A stretch of 26,115 bases of DNA from a virus (lineage: Duplodnaviria; Caudoviricetes): positions 1-26,115 of the IMG/VR virus record IMGVR_UViG_3300024255_000134; one strand, 5' to 3'. Position 1 is the stretch's first letter; every line of letters begins with the position of its first letter. Positions 16,137 through 24,119 of this stretch are shown in pieces. Below the pieces are notes generated by a model. The model made no database searches and had not been told where the DNA came from. It worked only from the letters and a program-made list of their open reading frames with translations. A program made the translations under genes and the position numbers.

Positions 16137-17527
16137 TGGCAGACACTAAGTCCTTTAAACTTACAAAAGCAGATCTATTTTTGCGTAGTGGTGGTAAAGA
16201 GGAAAAACTAGATATTAAAGCAGTTATCAGTGAGTTTCAATGGTTTGAATCTATTGATTCACCCTTTATTAGATTGGATGTTGCTATTCTAGATTCTACT
16301 GACTTAGACACTCGACTATATGGGACTGAGAAACTAGAAATTGAGTTCTCAACCTTTGCTGGTCAGGAAGACGGAAAGAAAGAGGGTCGCTGTAAAGCAA
16401 CATTCAAGATGTATAAGATTGGTTCTGTTATTAAGAAAGAACGAGCAAAGATGTATATCTTACACTTTGCACCAGAAGCAATGTATTACAACGAAGCAAA
16501 CCGAGCATTTGGTATGTTTGGTGTGAAAAATGGCAAACAAGATGTTGTGCAAAAGATGTTGAGGCAATATCTAAAAATTCCCAACAAAGAGATCTTCATT
16601 GAAGGTCATACCTTTATGAATGTAATCTCTCCTAATTGGAGACCTGTGGATTGTATTGCTTATCTAACTGATAAAGTATCAAGACTGAGTAAACCTAAGG
16701 GTTCTAAGAAGAGTGGTAACGTTAAGAAGAATGGAACTGCTGCAAGACAAGCAGGGTTTTTATTCTTTCATAATAAGCATGGATATAACTTCGCATCCAT
16801 TGATATGTTATGTGAGCAACAACCAATTCATGAGTATGTCTATGGGCAGAAGAATGTAAATGATAATAGTCCTGTGGATGACATGTATAGGATTGAAAGT
16901 GTTAAGTATCCTGATCGTTCAAACCAATTAGAGAAACTTAGAAACGGTGTATACAAAACATCAACGTTTGGTATTGTGATGGCAGCACCAACAATGAGTA
17001 CGCTACCACAATCAACTGCAACTACTAGTGATGGCGGTCCCGAAGGGACTGTAATGGGTCCTGTCGTAACACAACTGATGGGATTATTCGATAAGGCATC
17101 TACATTGGAGAAAGGATTTCCATATGATGTAGATGCAATTGAAGAGTTTTTAGAAATGCATCCAACTAGAACTCGCGTGAAAATTCTACCAAAAATGGTA
17201 CAACAGGACAATGCCAATATGGATGGTGGTGCAGAAGAAGAAAGTGAAAGTATTCTGAATGCAGCATCATATGCAACTCAGCGTTGGATGTTACTGAATA
17301 CTCATACATTAACAATTCGAGTACCAGGAAACACTAGATTGTTTGCAGGTGCTGTAATTAAGGTAAAGATACCTGTTTCACAGCAAAAGAACAAGAATAC
17401 ACTACCAAAAGATCGTATGTTTTCAGGGAAATACCTAGTAAAAGGTCTAAAACATGTGTATACCAACACAGGAATAACGACCGAGGTATATTTGTGCAGA
17501 GATTCTCTACCTGCTACTAATAAATAA
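16136..17527 (+). CDS. Baseplate hub protein (gp27-like)
   Basis: FESID.P.I......DS, ISPNWRP..CI, FLFF....GYNF.SID and VPGN..L.AG.VI...SGKYLV..L.H motifs typical of hub proteins; lies upstream of gp5. Confidence 0.7.
   Translation: MADTKSFKLTKADLFLRSGGKEEKLDIKAVISEFQWFESIDSPFIRLDVAILDSTDLDTRLYGTEKLEIEFSTFAGQEDGKKEGRCKATFKMYKIGSVIKKERAKMYILHFAPEAMYYNEANRAFGMFGVKNGKQDVVQKMLRQYLKIPNKEIFIEGHTFMNVISPNWRPVDCIAYLTDKVSRLSKPKGSKKSGNVKKNGTAARQAGFLFFHNKHGYNFASIDMLCEQQPIHEYVYGQKNVNDNSPVDDMYRIESVKYPDRSNQLEKLRNGVYKTSTFGIVMAAPTMSTLPQSTATTSDGGPEGTVMGPVVTQLMGLFDKASTLEKGFPYDVDAIEEFLEMHPTRTRVKILPKMVQQDNANMDGGAEEESESILNAASYATQRWMLLNTHTLTIRVPGNTRLFAGAVIKVKIPVSQQKNKNTLPKDRMFSGKYLVKGLKHVYTNTGITTEVYLCRDSLPATNK
17519..17526 (+). 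promoter_or_regulatory. Candidate late-type promoter upstream of cp12
   Basis: AATAAATA overlaps the end of the hub gene, 29 nt before the ATG at 17556. The AT-rich context lowers its significance. Confidence 0.45.
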
Positions 17528-17555
17528 TATCACAATAACTACACAGTATTGATTG

Positions 17556-17783
17556 ATGAAAGATATCGAAACACATATCGAAAAGGACAAGGAGATCCTT
17601 GACAATCCTATGATTTCTCCTAATCAACGTCGTCATATTCAAGGAGAATTGAATGAACTAGAACAGTACGCAGAACATCATAAGGCAGAGATTGAAGCAG
17701 GAGATCATCACGATCCTTCCCCATTGGAACTGTTTTGCGACAGTAATCCATCCGAACCAGAGTGTCTGGTTTATGAGGATTGA
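17556..17783 (+). CDS. cp12: CP12 Calvin cycle inhibitor (phage type)
   Basis: C-terminal DHHDPSPLELFCDSNPSEPECLVYED. It lacks the N-terminal Cys pair, as is typical of phage/marine CP12. Confidence 0.93.
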   Translation: MKDIETHIEKDKEILDNPMISPNQRRHIQGELNELEQYAEHHKAEIEAGDHHDPSPLELFCDSNPSEPECLVYED

Positions 17784-17808
17784 CAAGATAGAAGAAAAGT
17801 ATTATACT
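17780..17808 (+). promoter_or_regulatory. Sigma70-type early promoter
   Basis: TTGACA (17780-17785, overlapping the cp12 stop), 17-nt spacer, TATACT (17803-17808). Confidence 0.85.
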
Positions 17809-17848
17809 CAACACTGTCAGGGTTGAAAGGGCAGTATCTTAGCTTATT

Positions 17849-18427
17849 ATGGAATACATTGACATTGACGCCGCGTATAGTTTCATTGGAGGAGGAAAGA
17901 TCCCTACTGAGATTTGCGACGGCGTTACTGATTTTTATAATACATGCGACTACCTTGACAAAGAACAGGGAGAGCATGGTGGTGGTGTCGATAAAGACAT
18001 CAAGGATTCTATTGACTTAACAATTCCTAGATATATTAAAGATAAACGAATAACGGATTACATTGATCAGTTAGCACTAGTCACTAAAAATTATTGTGAC
18101 TTTTTTCCACAACTCAAAAGTTTTGAGTGGGATCTCATTGAAGATTTTAATATACAATGGTATCCACCAAGTGGAGGATTTAAGAAACTACACTGTGAAC
18201 GTGCTAGGAATCATGCATCATGCAATGGTAGAATCATGGCATGGATGACATACCTAAATGATATTGAAGAAGGTGGGGAAACATATTTCTCTCAACAGAA
18301 AGCAAAGGTTAGACCTGCCAAAGGATTGACTCTTGTATGGCCTGCTGATTGGACACATATGCACCAGGGTATACCTGCACCCAACGAAGAGAAAATGATT
18401 ATTACTGGATGGTATGACCTTATTTGA
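17849..18427 (+). CDS. 2OG-Fe(II) oxygenase
   Basis: FNIQ.Y...GGF...HCE (HxE), WMTYLND..EGGET.F, WPADWTH.H.G and K.IITGW motifs. Confidence 0.92.
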   Translation: MEYIDIDAAYSFIGGGKIPTEICDGVTDFYNTCDYLDKEQGEHGGGVDKDIKDSIDLTIPRYIKDKRITDYIDQLALVTKNYCDFFPQLKSFEWDLIEDFNIQWYPPSGGFKKLHCERARNHASCNGRIMAWMTYLNDIEEGGETYFSQQKAKVRPAKGLTLVWPADWTHMHQGIPAPNEEKMIITGWYDLI

Positions 18428-18902
18428 GAGTATGATTGTTGGTCATTATAGGAATAAGAAACAAGCGCAATCTAATCCTACTAAATGGCCACAGATTAAT
18501 ATCTTATACACTAAGATTGATGATAGTGTGTTAGAATTGAAGCAATGGTATAACTATCAAGGTGAAGACACTCCATATCGACACTATCATTTAACATTAG
18601 AACATCTAGATCAACACACTGTAATCACCCATGCTCATAATTTACAGACTGACGAACCAGGATGTAATCTACAATGGGGATACTTCAATGGATGGTGGTT
18701 TGGTGAAGTTCAAGATGAATGTGTATTGCGAAATACCAAGGTAATCAGTAATATTGAATTTGATGGTAAAGTATACCGTTCATTAGATACTGGATATTAC
18801 GTTGATACTGGTAAGTTTGCATGGGGTAAAACTCCCGATGAAGGGATGTTTCAGTTTGATCGTCTAAATAATGCCAGGAACTTAAATCACACGTTAACAT
18901 AA
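18414..18902 (+). CDS. cpeT: CpeT/CpcT-like phycobilin lyase
   Basis: G.Y.N..QA..NP..W, QWY...PYR, GC.L and S.D.G......WG....G.F.F motifs. Confidence 0.85.
   Translation: MTLFESMIVGHYRNKKQAQSNPTKWPQINILYTKIDDSVLELKQWYNYQGEDTPYRHYHLTLEHLDQHTVITHAHNLQTDEPGCNLQWGYFNGWWFGEVQDECVLRNTKVISNIEFDGKVYRSLDTGYYVDTGKFAWGKTPDEGMFQFDRLNNARNLNHTLT
18864..18870 (+). promoter_or_regulatory. Candidate late promoter variant for gp5
   Basis: CTAAATA, 31 nt upstream of the gp5 ATG, inside the cpeT 3' end. Confidence 0.45.
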
Positions 18903-21496
18903 TGCTTGGAACTAAGACTGACTTTGCAGGTAGAGATGGGTTCTCTTGGTGGATTGGTGAAGTCGAGAGTGTAGAAGATCCTGCTCAGACTGGTAGAGTT
19001 AAAGTTCGTATCGTTGGTTGGCACCAAAAGGGTAAGACTAGTGATGATGGATCATCGTCATACTTAGAAGATTTACCAACGGAAGCATTACCATGGGCAA
19101 CAGTTCTGCTGCCTAATGATAGACCTCAGATCAAAAACGCTGGATCTACTTGTGAATTGCAGGTAGGTGCATTTGTGATGGGTTTCTTTATGGATGGTGA
19201 GGAAGCACAACTACCATGTGTCATGGGTGCATTCCGTGGATTTAAGAAGAAGACTAATCAAGGTGGTGGTAAATCGGGAGATGATGGTCTAGATACCGAA
19301 GTTAGTAAAACAACTATTGCTGATGATACCGAAGCAAATAAAGATGAGTATGCAACTACATCACCTCAAAGAAAATCATTTACAGGTGAGAATGTAGAAG
19401 GGGGTCATCCTTTTACTAAGAGTCAAGGTGCTACTCCTGGTGGTCCTGATGGTGGTGAAGAATCGGCGCGTGGTGCTATTAATAGAGCAGAAGTTGAAGC
19501 ACCGTTTAATGTATATACAAACCCATTAGGTCCACCATCGATGGAAGGTGGTATTGCTGATGGTATTCATGGACCTGTTGGTGGTGGCGATAACGCTTCA
19601 TTTACCAAAGATCTAAGTAGAATGCTACATGATATTGGTGTTCAGATTGGTTCCTTAGGTGCTAACAATGAAGGAGATCTTATCTCTGTTATTTCAGGAC
19701 ATGTGCAATCTGGTAATAACATTCTTAGTAGTCTTAACAACGTATCAAATTATGTTGTGAATGCTGTTACAGGTATGGTTGCTCCTATCAAGGAGGTTTT
19801 AGCAAGAGAAATTAGAGATAAGATTGATTTGGTTGTATCTGTATTTGCCAAGATTATTCCTTTGGCAGTGGTTACTACAATTATTTCACTAATCAAGAAT
19901 ATCATTCAGAATATTTTCTGTATGCCTGTTCCTGGTTGGTTGGATGCAGTCAGTAATATATTAGGAAACATTGGATCTTTTGCTGACTCAATCTTTGATT
20001 ATATAATGAATGCTGTTAATAAAATTATTAACCAAATTTCTGACTATGTAACTAAGGCACTTAAAAATATCCAGAAAGCGATCTGTCAAGTATTGAAGAT
20101 GGTGTCTAAGATCTTCAATACGATTATCAAGGCAATCGATACTATCAAAAAACTTAGCGATATTGTAACATCCGTCAGTAAGTTCTTCACTATTGATTTT
20201 ACTGCATTAGTTAATTTTGGTAATGTACTCAATATTATTGCATTAATTGTTGATATTCTTGCATCGTTCATTGATTGTGGAAGGAAAGCACGAAAACCAC
20301 GAGCGAAGGGGTGGATGCCATTAATTGGCACCACCGAATGTTCTGATATTGGTGGTGCATTGTATGGACCTGGTGGTTCTAGTAGTGATGATTGTTCTGA
20401 TTTTGGTGAAGAGGGTACAGGTGGAAATTTCTTTGATAAATTCTTCCAAAACTTGAATCCATATGTAATGGAAACCAAGATGTTCTTGAATGGTTCGAGA
20501 GATATTGATGATGCAACACCTGGTAAAGAGAAGAGAATTCGCTCAGGTCCTGGTGGTGTTACTAGTTTCCAAGATAAAGTTGGTAACGAACATATTAACG
20601 TACCTGGTAATGAAACACAGATCATTGGTCGCGACTTGGTTCAGAATGTTAAGAACAACCTTGTACATACAGTGGAAGGTGATTACTATCTGAAAGTTAT
20701 GGGCGACTTCCATCTGGAAGTTTCTGGATCAATTAACGAGCACACATCAAACGGTGCTGGTGGTAGAGCAAAAGGTATCAATAGTGCTGGCAATCCTCTG
20801 GGTAAAGATAATAACCAGTGGTCAAAGCAGGCATCAAATGCTATTGAAGGTCTTTCAAAAGTTGCTTCGTCTAAGAATCTAGATTTTGAGGCAGGTGAGA
20901 AAGAAGCAAAGTCTACACAAACCAAAGCAGGTGACCATTCCATCTCATATCAAGGTGATGTTACCATTCAGGGTAACCAAGTTAAAGTTAAAGGTATCTC
21001 AGGTATTACTTTCGATGCCCCCGATGTCCATACAAGTGCTACCTCCATCACTAACAAGGCAACGGGTGAGATTGTCAACGAAGCATCATGGATCACTTCG
21101 TTCCTAGCATGTGGTAGGATGGATGTCATCGCGATCTTCCAGACCATGCCAGTATTCACTGGTTCTTACAGTTTGGTCAATGGATCGATCGTTGATATTA
21201 CGATGGATGCTCCTGTCGGTTCTGTTTCACCTTCGATGCATGTTCGTATGGCACTAGGCACTAAGGGTGCCTCTGGAATGGCAGACATTGTTGCTGGTTC
21301 TGGTGCAGGTGCTCATATGACCCTAGTGTCCACTCCAACAGGTGGCATAGGCGAGATTGTAACGGGCGGCAGTGGTGCTATTGTTAATCAGGTAACAACT
21401 GGTCTACTCTCTCATGGGTGTGGTACTGGTCTTGCTGCCTTTGGGTGTGCCCTCGGTCCCACTCAAATTTATGGTCTACCCGTCATGCTTAACTAA
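18902..21496 (+). CDS. gp5: Baseplate central spike gp5
   Basis: OB domain WWIGEVE...DP...GRVKVRI.G.H, LP...LPWA and V.GFFMDG..AQ.P.VMG. Later DDATPGKE.RI and VEGDY.L.V.GD beta-helix repeats. Confidence 0.9.
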   Translation: MLGTKTDFAGRDGFSWWIGEVESVEDPAQTGRVKVRIVGWHQKGKTSDDGSSSYLEDLPTEALPWATVLLPNDRPQIKNAGSTCELQVGAFVMGFFMDGEEAQLPCVMGAFRGFKKKTNQGGGKSGDDGLDTEVSKTTIADDTEANKDEYATTSPQRKSFTGENVEGGHPFTKSQGATPGGPDGGEESARGAINRAEVEAPFNVYTNPLGPPSMEGGIADGIHGPVGGGDNASFTKDLSRMLHDIGVQIGSLGANNEGDLISVISGHVQSGNNILSSLNNVSNYVVNAVTGMVAPIKEVLAREIRDKIDLVVSVFAKIIPLAVVTTIISLIKNIIQNIFCMPVPGWLDAVSNILGNIGSFADSIFDYIMNAVNKIINQISDYVTKALKNIQKAICQVLKMVSKIFNTIIKAIDTIKKLSDIVTSVSKFFTIDFTALVNFGNVLNIIALIVDILASFIDCGRKARKPRAKGWMPLIGTTECSDIGGALYGPGGSSSDDCSDFGEEGTGGNFFDKFFQNLNPYVMETKMFLNGSRDIDDATPGKEKRIRSGPGGVTSFQDKVGNEHINVPGNETQIIGRDLVQNVKNNLVHTVEGDYYLKVMGDFHLEVSGSINEHTSNGAGGRAKGINSAGNPLGKDNNQWSKQASNAIEGLSKVASSKNLDFEAGEKEAKSTQTKAGDHSISYQGDVTIQGNQVKVKGISGITFDAPDVHTSATSITNKATGEIVNEASWITSFLACGRMDVIAIFQTMPVFTGSYSLVNGSIVDITMDAPVGSVSPSMHVRMALGTKGASGMADIVAGSGAGAHMTLVSTPTGGIGEIVTGGSGAIVNQVTTGLLSHGCGTGLAAFGCALGPTQIYGLPVMLN

Positions 21497-21691
21497 ATGA
21501 TGTCCCCTAATTTCATTGATCACGCTTATTTCTATTTTTCTGAGCGTCGTGTGATTGTCTCAGATGATGAGGGATATGATGAGACTGTCCAGTTTGAGTG
21601 GACAGAAGAAGGTGCCGAGGGATTTGCCACGATCGTTGAGTTTCTTCAATCTCGTATGCCTTCTGATTCGCTAACCTATTGCTTTAACTGA
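21497..21691 (+). CDS. Hypothetical acidic protein
   Basis: 64-aa ORF immediately after the gp5 stop. Confidence 0.65.
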   Translation: MMSPNFIDHAYFYFSERRVIVSDDEGYDETVQFEWTEEGAEGFATIVEFLQSRMPSDSLTYCFN

Positions 21692-21692
21692 T

Positions 21693-21974
21693 ATGAACTC
21701 TGGCATCCTAGAACTTGCACTTGAAGAAGTGCAAAGTAATTTTGACTTCTGCTTGACATTAGTTGAAAGAGGTCATACAATCAAGATCACTCAGGAGGGA
21801 AAACCATCAGTGTTGATGGTTCCTCTACCTGATTATCAAAAGGCAGTTCAAACTATTGAGACTGCCAATAATCCTCCACTACCTTTGCCAGAAGGTTGGC
21901 AACCAGATCCCGCAGGTGTTAAACAGTATGTTAATGAAGAACTCAGTCAAATGCAGAAGGAACTTAACACTTGA
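21693..21974 (+). CDS. Phd/YefM antitoxin-like protein
   Basis: L.EVQSNF...L.LVERG.TI.IT..GKP.V.MVP matches the Phd/YefM N-terminal pattern. Confidence 0.6.
   Translation: MNSGILELALEEVQSNFDFCLTLVERGHTIKITQEGKPSVLMVPLPDYQKAVQTIETANNPPLPLPEGWQPDPAGVKQYVNEELSQMQKELNT
21753..21781 (+). promoter_or_regulatory. Sigma70-type promoter internal to the Phd-like gene
   Basis: TTGACA (21753-21758), 17-nt spacer, TACAAT (21776-21781). Confidence 0.55.
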
Positions 21975-22152
21975 TATCAAGTTGTGGTTCTCCGACATTG
22001 ATAATGTCTGGCATTACTCTTTGCTAGCATTTGAAGATGGCAACACACTACATAGTAGTACAGCAGACACGTATTCACTTGCTCTTGCTGCAATAGAGTA
22101 TAAAATTGCTAAACTAATGGCAGAAGAAGCACATGAAGTTCAAAATAACTAG
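21934..22152 (+). CDS. Hypothetical protein (start uncertain)
   Basis: Frame DIKLWFS...WHYSL fills the gap. The nearest in-frame ATGs (21928, 21934) overlap the upstream gene. Confidence 0.5.
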   Translation: MKNSVKCRRNLTLDIKLWFSDIDNVWHYSLLAFEDGNTLHSSTADTYSLALAAIEYKIAKLMAEEAHEVQNN

Positions 22153-22399
22153 TGCATATTGTTACTTAGACGATGTTGGCATAGTTAAGATGTTCATGAT
22201 TCATGGTCTACCCTTTACTTTTGAAGATGAAGGGTTTGACCCTACCGATGCTGATGTAGTAGCAGAAGCAAACACTAATCCTCATATGACTATGAGGTAC
22301 CTCTATAAGTGGTCGGATTATTTAATTGAAGAAGAATGTCATCCTATTCTATTTGAGATGACAGAGATGATTGAAAACTATCAAGATGTGCCCGATTAG
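22133..22399 (+). CDS. Hypothetical protein
   Basis: 88-aa ORF whose stop codon lies within the 5' end of the tRNA. Confidence 0.7.
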   Translation: MKFKITSAYCYLDDVGIVKMFMIHGLPFTFEDEGFDPTDADVVAEANTNPHMTMRYLYKWSDYLIEEECHPILFEMTEMIENYQDVPD

Positions 22400-22461
22400 C
22401 TCAACGGCAGAGCAACGCTTTTGTAAAGCGTAGGTTACCTGTTCAAATCAGGTATCGGGCT
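22390..22461 (+). tRNA. trnT: tRNA-Thr(UGU)
   Basis: Acceptor GCCCGAT/ATCGGGC, D arm GCTC/GAGC, anticodon arm ACGCT-tt TGT aa-AGCGT and T arm ACCTG-TTCAAAT-CAGGT. No encoded CCA. Confidence 0.95.
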
Positions 22462-22487
22462 CTTATTACTACCATGTGAGAATTACT

Positions 22488-22745
22488 ATGACTGATGTTA
22501 TTTACAATGAGATCTTAAAAGATCCAGAATTGAATCCAAGGTGGAGAGCGATGCCCTCGTATTCTGAGCAACGGCGAGATCGTTTGGGTGACATGATTAT
22601 GGACTGGTTAGGGGATGATGAAGTATCTTCTAAATTGTTTTATGAATCTATTCTCCATGAGGTAGAAGAGAACATCAAATATCATCATAAAGCACTAGAA
22701 AAGTACAAAAACTTTAAAGCATTGATGACTTGTAAAGACGTATAA
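22488..22745 (+). CDS. Hypothetical protein
   Basis: ORF after the tRNA, starting at ATG 22488 (or GTG 22476). Confidence 0.65.
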   Translation: MTDVIYNEILKDPELNPRWRAMPSYSEQRRDRLGDMIMDWLGDDEVSSKLFYESILHEVEENIKYHHKALEKYKNFKALMTCKDV

Positions 22746-22748
22746 ATA
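22741..22748 (+). promoter_or_regulatory. T4-type late promoter
   Basis: Perfect TATAAATA, 29 nt upstream of the GTG at 22778. Confidence 0.85.
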
Positions 22749-22777
22749 ACTGGGAAGAACAGCACCGATGGTTATCA

Positions 22778-24112
22778 GTGGGAACTAAAAGAATATCACA
22801 ACTTGATACGATTGCTGATGAACTAGTAACAGGAGAAGCAATTCTCCCTATCGTCATCTCTGATCCTCTCATCCCTAACAGAAAGACTAAGGTTAATCAA
22901 CTTTTTAGATCTATTGCTGCGGGAACAACATCATCGCCAGGACTGGCGTTTGACTTGGATCGGGATACTGGTTTATTTCAATCGGCAGTTGATGAAATAG
23001 GTATTACCTTTGGTACTTCTACTCTTTATCAAAGTAGAATTGCTAACGTTGACGGATCATCCACCGTTAGAATGCTTGTACAAGATACAGCATCTGCTAA
23101 CTCTAACATGTTAATTCAACCACAGGGTAGTGGTTATTTTTCTGTTAGTGGAATTGCACAATTTAATGACTCTACAACTTATTTTACAGGGGATCAAAAC
23201 TCTGCTAAGAAAGTTGTTTTTAATGTTGATACAGTATCTACTGCTGGTGGTACAAAAAGATTTGACTTCCCATCTGTTGGTGGCAACACTACAACAACAT
23301 TCCTTGCTACTGATACGTTCCAAACTATCACTAACAAGACTATTATCATTAAAGATAGTGAGTTGAGTATCACTGGTTCTACTGATACTGCAAAGATCGC
23401 TAAGTTTGAAACTGATGCTTGGGATGCTCCTGGTGAGCATATCTATCGTCTTCCAGACTTTGGTGCGGGTATTAGTCAGTCAACGTTGTTGGATAATATT
23501 ACTGAACAGGATGTATATAACAAGAACATGGTTAACCCCACGTTCTCCAACACATTGTCTACTGATGAGAACAATCCTACAAGATATGTTATCTTTAACT
23601 CATCTGTCCTTACTAGTGATAGAACAGTAACATTTCCAGACTTGAACGTTACTGTTGTTGGTGAAGCATCAACTCAGGTACTTACTAACAAGGTATATGA
23701 GGGTGCTATCTTCCAAGATACTACTGAGTCATCTAAGAAGATTACTTTTGCGTTGGGTAATCTCAATGACAATACCAACTTACAATATACCTTCCCAGAA
23801 GGTAGTGTGGCAGAACCGCTAAATAATGGAACGGATGCCAACAAACTTGTAACGGAAAGAGCAACACAAACTCTTGCGTTCAAGACGATGGAGTACATGA
23901 AGATTAACAATCCAGATAATCTTAATGGTATTGTCACTATCGATGCATCTAACATTGAAGAGTCGGTAACTATTAAGTTCCCCGCTGGTGATGCTACACT
24001 TCTATCTACTAACAACGTTGACGCAGTTGGTGTTGCCTTCGGTGGTTCACTATCTGCTCCCGTCCTTGGCGGACAACTACGACTACAATCATTTTTCCAA
24101 GCAGGATGGTAA
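22778..24112 (+). CDS. Virion structural / fibre-like protein
   Basis: Late promoter; KRISQL N-terminus; PGLAF..D.DTGLF motif; repeated T.FP....T.L......Q.LTNK units typical of fibres. Confidence 0.75.
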   Translation: MGTKRISQLDTIADELVTGEAILPIVISDPLIPNRKTKVNQLFRSIAAGTTSSPGLAFDLDRDTGLFQSAVDEIGITFGTSTLYQSRIANVDGSSTVRMLVQDTASANSNMLIQPQGSGYFSVSGIAQFNDSTTYFTGDQNSAKKVVFNVDTVSTAGGTKRFDFPSVGGNTTTTFLATDTFQTITNKTIIIKDSELSITGSTDTAKIAKFETDAWDAPGEHIYRLPDFGAGISQSTLLDNITEQDVYNKNMVNPTFSNTLSTDENNPTRYVIFNSSVLTSDRTVTFPDLNVTVVGEASTQVLTNKVYEGAIFQDTTESSKKITFALGNLNDNTNLQYTFPEGSVAEPLNNGTDANKLVTERATQTLAFKTMEYMKINNPDNLNGIVTIDASNIEESVTIKFPAGDATLLSTNNVDAVGVAFGGSLSAPVLGGQLRLQSFFQAGW

Positions 24113-24119
24113 TTAACAA

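Noticed and set aside
17823-18020. Alternative-frame ORF overlapping the oxygenase start
   Set aside because: It overlaps a well-supported gene and shows no recognisable features.
21497-22152. Complete toxin-antitoxin pair around the Phd-like gene
   Set aside because: Neither neighbour shows RelE, Doc/Fic or PIN motifs that I can recognise.
22390-22461. tRNA as an integration site or prophage boundary
   Set aside because: No integrase or duplicated tRNA 3' end is visible, and the flanks are continuous lytic-phage genes.
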